Assembly (NCBI GenBank): GCA_046563655.1
Contig: CM102284.1
Location: 2,976,001-3,040,000, forward strand
Source of the DNA: Yuukianura sp. NJ FZ-2021
Taxonomy: Eukaryota
Direction of reading: 5' to 3'
Length of the DNA: 64,000 nt
Shown here: positions 54,975 to 64,000 of the stretch, piece by piece
Numbering within the stretch: position 1 is the first letter of the stretch
How the letters are laid out: each line of letters starts with the position of its first letter
Translations under genes and position numbers: made by a program
Notes under the pieces: generated by a model
Databases searched by the model: none
The model's input: only the letters and a program-made list of their open reading frames with translations
Told to the model about the DNA's origin: nothing

Positions 54975-56915
54975 TCATTGCTTGATACCGCTGCGATGAC
55001 CCACCATTAAGTTGATGACAGAGTCAATGATGACATCTTGCATGATTCGTGGGAAAGACTCCTTGGTTAGTGTAAAGGAATGACCGATTTTCCATGTCAG
55101 TGATCGATATGAGCGGAACATGGCTCTATCCAACGGAGTCAAATGCATACCCATCATTGACCTTGGGATGGTTTTGTACATTTGGGAGTTGAGGGTGGAG
55201 TCGACGGACTGTTTAATAGCAAAGTGGAGCGTGATTGCAGCAAAGATCCCCGTGGAGATGGCTGTCACAATTACCACGACGGAGATATCTTTGTACAAAC
55301 TTAGTGTGGCATAGATGGCCATGATGACGAGGAACTCTGCACATGGAATAACGCATGGCAGAATGGTGGTTGTCACGAGTTCACGAGCCACGGCATGTTG
55401 AACTTGTTGTTGCCGGTAGTTCAGATGTAGTCGCCATTTTGAGAGTTGCGAGAGAGTGTGATTCGGTGGTGCGTTGAGCCAAGCCTTGTAGCAGTGTCTT
55501 TGCCAACTAGATGTGCAGCTTGTGTGGATAAGGATGAGGAAAGTGCAAAGGAGAACAGCGTTCCAGTCCAACGCTGCAACAACGATCATGTACCACGCAG
55601 CGGCAGTATTTTTCCATACGGCGTCGTAACGAATGAGTGGAAAATAAGTCCTGTCCAAGCCATGTATAAGAACGCGACGGAGTTTGGCGGAGTTTGGATG
55701 GCGGGAACCGAAAATTTGAACGGTTGACTTTCCGCTGAGGTGACAAAAGTGTTCACATCTGGTCTTGTTTATTCTCATCCTTTCACTCATTCTTTACTTG
55801 ACTTTAGTTAATTGTTTTAACAATTAACGTCAATAATGAATCCTTTAAACCCTACTAGAGTGAGGTTTAGTGTGCAGCAGCGAGCCTTTATAGTCTAAAC
55901 TTACCTCACACACACACACAGATTGTAATTTTTAATCTTTAATCTATTAGGAGTACCGCACAACTAATTGGCTTCATCAGACCACACAATCCAGTGAGAC
56001 AAAGACAAAGACTCCGAAGGCTCGCTGCTGCACACTAAAGCTCACTCTAGTAGGGTTTAAAGGATTCATTATTGACGTTAATTGTTAAAACAATTAACTA
56101 AAGTCAAGTAAAAGAATGAGTGAAAGGATGAGAATAAACAAGACCAGATGTGAACACTTTTGTCACCTCAGCGGAAAGTCAACCGTTCAAATTTTCGATT
56201 CCCGCCATCCAAACTCCGCCCAACTCCGTCGCGTTCTTATACATGGCTTGGACAGGACTTATTTTCCACTCTAAGTCGGAACCCCATACCGTTGTAGTGG
56301 AGAGTGACAGCAAAATCGCAGGAAATCCAAAGCAAATGGACACTACTGCACAAACCAAAAGCATACGCATGATCCAACCAGACCGATGGACTACGTCGTC
56401 TCCACTGGACGCTGAGTAGGACTCTGCAAGAAAACAGGTTTCATGAACAATAGAATAGATTTTTCAAAATATTATCGATGAATGAGATATTAAAATTCCT
56501 TATTTGACTGTTTCAGAAATACAAAAAACTTACGAGTGATGCTGCACAGTTTGATATATGAGTTGAATACTTTTGGCATGTCTTCTCCGTCGCGGAACAC
56601 GAAAAACTGGATAGAAGAAGAGAGGACGAAGGTGATGGACAAGAAGGTAAATGGTACCCACTCCCCTGGCCTGGGGTCAAAAGTGTGATGCATGTACGCA
56701 TGTATCATGTACAGCACCGTAATGGCATTCAGTGCCAGCACGCCCATCATCGCGATTTTTATAACCAAACGGTTCTGGTGCCAACCTGAAAGCGAACCGG
56801 CTCGAACAAATTGCCCTGTCGCCTTGTTCCAAATTGCTGGATAGACGCAGAAGAAATTGGCAAATTGTAGCACCCAAGCGACAGGTCGCATGGCGTATGG
56901 AGTTGGGTTGGGCAT
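54975..56915 (-). pseudogene. Multi-pass membrane chemoreceptor-like (GR/OR-type 7TM) gene, ~400 aa when reconstructed, interrupted by a palindromic insertion
   Basis: Exon 1 56915-~56533 (MPNPTPYAMRP..., hydrophobic helices); exon 2 from ~56424 to GSDL at 56272, resuming IRYDAVW at 55634 to the stop at 54975. Multiple TM segments; the family call rests on size and topology only. Confidence 0.6.
55635..56271. mobile_element. 637-bp element with ~254-bp near-perfect terminal inverted repeats, no TSD
   Basis: 55635-55888 is the reverse complement of 56017-56271 (GAGTGGAAAATAAG...CTTATTTTCCACTC). The spacer contains (CA)n. Confidence 0.88.
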
Positions 56916-57068
56916 CCTGACAACGAATTCTCGAATTGGAGTGAGGAAAGTTTCGAAAAAATTGGGATATTTCTAGGGCGGCGTTGCTTTAAACCATCGT
57001 CATTGTCCAAATTAATGGAATTCTATAGACGGAGCATGCAATTACAGCGAAAACAAGACATGGACACA

Positions 57069-57418
57069 AAACACATCGGCATAAAAGACATCGACAATTG
57101 AAACATAGTACCAAAACAAAAGACATCTCTTCCCTCGGCAAAACCATTCTGCTGCACCAGCAATAGTGGTTATGTATGTGTGTAAAGTGTAAAGGTCCAT
57201 TGCATTGTCTAAATAAGTCTTACTAGACTGACGCAGCAATACTGATGATGTGTGCTTAGCTAAGCATTCTGCGCCACGCCGAAGGCGCAGCAATTGGTTT
57301 GATTAAGCGCACAACGTCTGCAGGGACTATTGTCTCAGCTAGGCTTAGGAATTTAAACAAAAATATTTTGTTTTGATATTTTGTTTCATTGTCGATGTCT
57401 TTTTCGTCGATGTGTTTG
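57069..57418. repeat. Degenerate inverted repeat (~55-bp arms), likely an old MITE
   Basis: aaacacatcggcataaaagacatcgacaattgaaacatagtaccaaaacaaaa versus reverse complement aaacacatcgacgaaaaagacatcgacaatgaaacaaaatatcaaaacaaaa. Confidence 0.65.
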
Positions 57419-57777
57419 CATTGTTGATATTTTTTCCGATGTATTGGCATGAACCCCGTATAGATAATTACGTATAAGGCATCGGCGTAGTCATGAAATA
57501 TAAATAAGTTCATTTTTAAAACCTTCCCAACTATGTCCACTTTGAAACCTACTTGAAACCCCCGTCACTTTGCCAAAAAAAAAACTCTAACGCTTTGGTT
57601 TGTCATGGGTATATTGAATTTATTATAAACCCAAAACCACCGTATCCAAACTAAAATATAACGAGGGCGTGGAAATAATAATACAGTATTTAATGTTTTC
57701 CTAACCATTTTCCGAAAAGCAAATTGAACTTTTTTTTTCGTGGCTTTTTGAATTATTTCCTTTTCAAAATGCTGAAA

Positions 57778-60700
57778 CTATCTCTTTTTGTCAAGTTCGG
57801 GTTCGGGTTCATGAAATTCGGATGTGGCGCTACCGATGATAGGATTCACCTGTGTATCCTTGCAGGATTCGTTTGCTATTCCTCCACGTTTGTGCCTACC
57901 ACCATTTGCCGACATTTGAACCAATTGTTCCAAAGTGTAGCTTCGAATTTCCGCAGCAGAGAGTTCTAGGTCAAAGTCTGTTTTGAGCATTTGTGTCACC
58001 TCGATGGAAATGATAGAGTCCAATCCAAGTTCCACCAGCTTGTCACTTATGTTCAACTTGGCTGCAGAAGAGTGGCCCAGGATATGCGCAATTCGCTCAA
58101 TCACGTTTACTTCTTCTGGTTTAGCATCAGTTTCAAAACAGCCTTCTAAATTTACAGGTTTCCGACAAAAAGTTACTGGTGGGCCAGGCAGAGTCAGTAG
58201 AATATCCAGGTCTTCCAGCACCGAGCGAATACTTTGAATTCCAGCGCCATGGAACTCTGTGCGCTCAAATTCTTTGTTAAATTGCGAATGCCATGCCCCA
58301 ACTTCCCCAATTGGTCCCCATTGAATTGCTCTTGCCGGAAATCCATCAAGCATACGCCGCTCCACAAGTCGCTCGGCTCCTGAATTAGCAAAAGCGTAAT
58401 TTCCTTGTCCATCAAACCCAACAGCCGCGGACATGCTTGAAAAAATTACAAAGTGGTCCAACTCTGGGCACAACTTTCGGCTAAGGTCATCAAAATTTTG
58501 GGTCATTGTAATTTTGGGGTCAATGACCTTTTGAAAGGCTTCGGCCGTTTGGTTTCTTGTTAAATTTACTTCCAGTTGTAAAGTGAGATTAAAAATTCCA
58601 CCAATGGGAGCCATGTCCATTGCTTCTTTCAAAATTTGATGAGCCTCGTCCAAGTAAACCCCGTTTTTGAAAAGTACGCGGACCTCAACTCCACGCTCTT
58701 TCCAAATTTTCAAATAGCTGCGGGCGTAGGGCGTAAGTCGGTTGCTTCTGGAAGTGACCAGGATGTGATGTGCATTGCGCAGAGTCATCCAGTTGATGAG
58801 TTCAAGCCCAACGCCTCCAAGACCACCTAGAACAATGTAACTCTTCTTTGGCGAGAATTGAACCATTTTTTCTACGTTTGTGGAAGTCTCCGACTGAGTA
58901 CGCATTGCTTCCGAGTGAACATAACATCCGAGTTGCCCCGAGTCGTCAAATACGTTGAACACCAAATCCTGATCCAGAATTTTCTGGAGCATTTCATCTG
59001 GTTTTCCAAAGTCCAGTTGCATCGGTCGCTTTGAAAAAATGGATCGAACGTTCTGACTGTATGGTTCCTTTCGAATGCAAAGAGTGAGGCCAAGGAGACC
59101 GCATTCCCTAGTCTGATCTCCCATCGAAACCAAATAGAGCCGTGGACAAGGACTGCCGTCTTGCAGCAACTTTTCTTGACGCCGCATTGCGACTGCCAAT
59201 GAATCGACCCAAGTCACTGAACTGTTGACGCAAATGACCTCTACATCTTTGGTTTCAAGATTTGTATCCTTGAGAAAATTTAAAAAAAAAATTTCGAATT
59301 TTTTAATTTTAGAATTTAATTTTAGATTTTGATGTTAGTTTGCTTACTTTTCTTATAAGGAAAAGGTCATGGTCAGGCGAAGATTTTTGAGCGATGAAGT
59401 GATAACCATAGGTGCAGGTTTCTAGCAATATTTTTAGTTGTGCTTCACTGCATGTTCCGAGTGGACTTTTGAGTATCAAAAACCCGCCAGTTTTTAGAAT
59501 TGAAAGAAACTGCGGAACAAATTCCTTATCATCCATAACTATCAAATCGAAAGATTTCCCGCATTTCCATTCCTCCAATCCAACGTTTTGGAGATTTTGG
59601 GTTTTGACCATGTTTCGCCTAAAAGTTTCAGCCAAGTCACTGCTTAAACCATCCACGGCCAATGCGTAGTCAACCTGCCAAAATAAAATCATTATTCTAA
59701 AATGTTGGAAAAATTTTCAAAAGTTTAAAAATGTAAACTTACATCAGGTTTTGCAAAATGAGTTCGAATCACGTTGACCATATCGAGTGTTTCTTCTGAA
59801 CGAACTCCTTGACTACATAACTCCAGAATCTTGGGCGGGGTTCTGGTGACTGAAGCAAGATTCTCCATGACAATCGCTACAAATGGGAGCAGGGTCGATG
59901 ATTTGTCGTTTCCCCAAGCCTGTGCCTCTGAATTCTTGAACGGGTAAAACGCATGATGTGAAATTACCGAAGGCAAATCCTGACTCCTTCCGGTACTCAT
60001 TTTGGTCATTTCAAGTCCTTCGATTTCTATACCTCTGGATTTGATAACATTCCCTTCGGAATCGTAATTGACGATGACACTGTGTGGATCACGTCCTATT
60101 GGCGGACTTGACAAATTTTCCAAAAAGTGTATTGGATGAATCGAAATTTTGGAAATGCCGGTGGGAACGCAGAGGTCAGTTGGGTAGTCCTTCGCACTGT
60201 AAATTCTAAAAGTGGTTTGAAACATTGCGTCAATGAAGGTGACCCAATTTGAGTTGAAGTGAAGCAAGAAATGTAACCCAGTGAGGTCAGCTTTTTGAAT
60301 TCCTTTGAAATCTCCAGTGTATTGGTAGCTGAGGAATCGCAGGCGTTTATAGACGTCATCACTCGTCAATGTCGTTTCATAATTTGACAGTGCCTGAGTT
60401 CCAACTGTTTCCATTTCCCGCCACTTCTGTTCTGCCGAATCTTTTACCAACCTATGAATTTTGCCTGTGCAGAGTAGATTATCGTTTTCTGTGACTTCGA
60501 AATTCCCGCTAACTTTCAAAATGTTAACGTTAAATTTCATGACTTCTAAAAAAAATAGAAAGGTTTGAAACAAAATTCATAATATATGTATGAACTGGTT
60601 TGTTCATACATTGAAAAAAAAAAACATTCAATCTACCTGAGTTTTTCAGAATTGTCGCGCGCAAAAATTTGACGTCCTCGAATATCACAGGCGTATTTTC

Positions 60701-62939
60701 CGGATCCGATTGATTGGAAGCTGCAAAATGACGCCACACTAATGACAAATATCCCGCTGCAGGGTAAACAATTTTTCCATCAAGTATGTGACCCGCCAAA
60801 TAGGAATCTTCGTTCCGGGCCAGGCAAACTTCAAATGAGCCGCCATTTCCTCCATAATCAGTACTGTACACTGGAACTTTCCAGGAAGCTGAGTGGTCCC
60901 AGTCTACAAGGTGGCCAAGGAGAGGAGTGTTGCCTGGCAGCGGCATATCAATTGCCTTGCCAATCAAATTGTTCAAGTCAAAGTTAATTCCCGCCACAAA
61001 AATCTTGCCTAAAGCATGCGTTAACGTCATCATGGCGTCTGCATTTCTTGCTTGAAGAGGAATCACTATAGCGTCCTTCGTTCCTTTTTGTATTAAACCG
61101 CGTAATAAACCGCTAGGGCCAATTTCGATTACGACCGCACCCTGAGGAATACGCTGCAGAGCTTCGGTAAAAAGCACTGGAGCGACAAAGTTATTGTGCA
61201 AGTATTCCGGGCCAAACATTTTGGCACTATTTTGTTCCGTGTTTTCAGGAATTGAAGTGCTAATCCAATTGGAAGACCTCGCTCGTGGACGAATCAGTGG
61301 GCGCAAAATTTGAACAAACTTATTTGCCGCTGGAGTGACCCAGTCCGAATGAAAGGCTAAGCCGCAGGAATTGACGTCTTTCACTTCGATGCCCTGAGAC
61401 TCCAAAGTTGCTTTGACTTGCGCAATAAGTTCAGTTGGACCAGAAATTGTTGTGGAATTTGGACCATTGTGGCATGCAACAACTACACCGTCGGGACAAA
61501 CGGTAGCCGTTTCTGTAGCTCCCAGAGGTACAACTGCCATTCCAAAGGAACCCACTTGACTTGCGCAGAGTTCTTCACATGGTTGGCCACGCAGGTAGAT
61601 TGACACGATTGTTTCTTCTAGAGTCATGCACCCGTCGACATAAGCACAGAGTGTTTCTCCCATGGAGTGACCCAGCATTCCGTCAGGCTTAATTCCAAGC
61701 TTGCGCAGAATATCGACGAGACCAATCTGAGTAACTCCGATGGAAGTGAATGTGTTTGTGGGAGATTCGAAAACTGCTGGGTCGTCCGACATGTAAATAT
61801 TTCTGAGATCGTAGTTGTATTTCAGAAGGGCATTACAGCATTTGTCAAAAGCAGCTTCAAAAGCGGGAATTTGAATCAAACTGCGTCCCATTCCAATCCA
61901 CTGACTTCCCATTCCGTTGAGGATGAACCAAACCGGAGGAGGTTTTTCCGTCGTCGAAGCATCTCGAATGTCTCTGACTTCCGTACCGACGATTCCGAAT
62001 CCTCGAAATTTACATTTTATGGAATTTCTATTGATTTCGTTGAGTAGGTACATTTGACTTCTGTCTCTACCTTCGATTACCTTAAAAAACAGAGGTAAAA
62101 ATTTTAACATTAAAAATTAACATTAGAGAAACAAGCATGAAAATTTACTTCATTCAAACTTTTCTCCACGCCATTCCGTGTTCGTCCAGAAAAAGTGACC
62201 AAGTCATGCAACTGAATTTGGCGAAAGTGAGTTTCACTATTTTGCAGATCTTGAAAACAATGACGAAGGAATGGTTTCAAAATGACATGCGTATTGACAC
62301 CACCGAATCCAAAACAATTGATACCAATGTCGCCGATGTTCCATGCGCGATTTTTATCCACAATCTAAAATATTTGAAATAATAATGATTATTAAAAGTG
62401 ATCTCAATTAATTATTTTTGAATATTGTAACTATTAATTTTGTTAAATTGATCACTGAGTTACTTCAACTGTGCCATTCCTGACGTTTTTCATGTTGAAG
62501 TGTGGACGACCGTAGTGGATGTTTCCAGGAATAATGCTATGTTGAATTATTCCAACTATTTTAGCAATAGAGCAGAGTCCAGAAGCTCCCTCGGCATGTC
62601 CCATGTTGCTCTTCACACTCCCAATGAGCAATGGACTCGTACGCTCTCTGTTCAAAACAAAATGGCGACTGATGGCTTTGACCTCTTCAGGGTCACCAGC
62701 AGGCGTTCCTGTTCCGTGAGCTTCCACATAGGTGACCTCTGCCGGGTCAACTCCGGCTTCTAGATACACTTCCTCCATTAACTTCTGTTGCATCGTAGCA
62801 GAGGGGTTGAAAATGCCTTTGTCCTTGTACCCATCCGTGTTGCAACCAATCCCAACAATGGATGCATAAGCTTTCTTGGCATCACACTTTTTCTGCAAGT
62901 AGATTGAAGCTACGGCTTCTGCTCGAACGTATCCAAGAC
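57778..62939 (-). CDS. Type I fatty-acid-synthase-like/PKS enzyme, 3' part (KS C-half-MAT-DH-pseudoMT-KR-ACP); 5' exons presumably beyond the right edge
   Basis: KS: GYVRAEA, EAHGTGT, GSVKSNMGHAEGASG, NCFGFGG. MAT: GMGSQW, GHSMG, AFHS. DH: LAGHILDGKIVYP. KR: GGLGGVG, FSS, GQGNYAFANS. ACP: LGLDSI. Stop at 57778. Confidence 0.92.
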
Positions 62940-64000
62940 CTGGAGAAAAAATCTTGACATTAGCGAAACGGGTTTGTTCCATTTATGGTGAAAATCCGAA
63001 CGAACTCGAACTAACAGTGACCATGACCTTGAATAGCTGCATGCAAATCATTTATAAAAATAAATCCAAAACAGTTCTTTTTGAATTCTTTTATTAGTTG
63101 AAGTTGTCGACCTGTCTAAAAATTTCGCTCTCCAGATCTATGTTATGTTGGTGCGACAATACTACGTTGAGCGCCACCGAAAAGAGTACACCCCTATTTT
63201 GATTTCCATAAAGACGAGTTGAAAATTATGTAAACATGAGGGGAAAGTTAGCTCAAACTTTGAAACTTCAGCTAACATATTTTTTGAAGGAATTTTTGCA
63301 AATTGCGTTATTTCGATCGCTTTTCCTCCACAGTTGCGAAATTAAACAAAGTACTGATTTTTGGGTGTACTCTTTTCACTGGCGCTCACGGTGCAATGAA
63401 CTCGTTGCTGGCAAAGAGAATGTACAAAACATTACGAGTGAACTTTGTATTACGCAATTACTTCGTAAAAACTTGCACTTTAGAGAAAGGAACAACTTAC
63501 CTAGGTTTATACCAAATACCAACAGAGATAAAGTCACCTAACCTAATAAGTGCTGAGCAAAGAATGCTTCATGATAGTACTAGACGGTTGACCGATAAAA
63601 ATCGTGTGAAAGTTTGCTCAAAGCTTAAAATATTTTTCAAATTTTTTCCTTTCTACGAAGTCTTACAACTGTGTAATTATTACGCTTATATGATGTAATA
63701 TGCGATGTTACAGTCATTGGCAACAATTTGGTCAGATGTAAGAGCCTTAGCGACAATTAGCAGCATTAGAATTGAAAATTCATGTGTTAGGTAGGGTTAT
63801 GTAAGGCAAGGTTAACCTAACCAAAAATTTATAATTGTTTTTGGTCCTCCAGGCTATTTATCAACACTTGTGATACCCAGAATGTGTGTTGAAATTATAT
63901 GCAAATTGTTTTGGTCGTTATTAAAAGCTAGGCTGTACACAGGGGGTGGCAAAAATGCCTTAGCGACCAAAACCGATTCTTGAGTTGTTTACAATTTCAC

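Noticed and set aside
62940-64000. ORFs 63236-63541 and 63303-63698
   Set aside because: No recognisable motifs; most likely intronic sequence of the FAS-like gene.
1-64000. tRNA, rRNA or autonomous transposase/RT genes
   Set aside because: None recognised by eye; tRNAscan, Infernal and repeat searches were not run.

Overview
Intron-rich, AT-rich animal genomic DNA, most likely a hexapod and plausibly a springtail (inferred from a diapausin gene, short AT-rich introns and a 7TM receptor-like gene); not prokaryotic. From 1 to ~34.5 kb lies the 5' part of a giant Msp300/nesprin-1 gene (minus strand): two CH domains, many spectrin repeats, alternative N-termini and a >2.8-kb exon with a 39-bp coding repeat running off the left edge. 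From 35.8 to 47 kb is a compact inositol-themed neighbourhood: a myo-inositol 2-dehydrogenase-like gene, a divergent PMM-family HAD enzyme, an apparent in-frame ITPK1-IPMK kinase fusion joined through a GC-AG intron, and an ADAP/centaurin-alpha gene whose ArfGAP arginine finger is replaced by Asn. Next come a diapausin peptide gene, importin alpha-3, an LRR1-like gene (5' end not found, next to a 100-N gap) and a 7TM chemoreceptor-like gene split by a 637-bp palindromic insert without TSD. The window ends with the 3' part of a FAS-like synthase that lacks both ER and TE domains (candidate polyene PKS). Long and short inverted repeats are abundant. The top candidates for novelty are the ITPK1-IPMK fusion with its cluster and the ER-less/TE-less synthase. 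All calls come from manual translation and motif recall; no searches were run.
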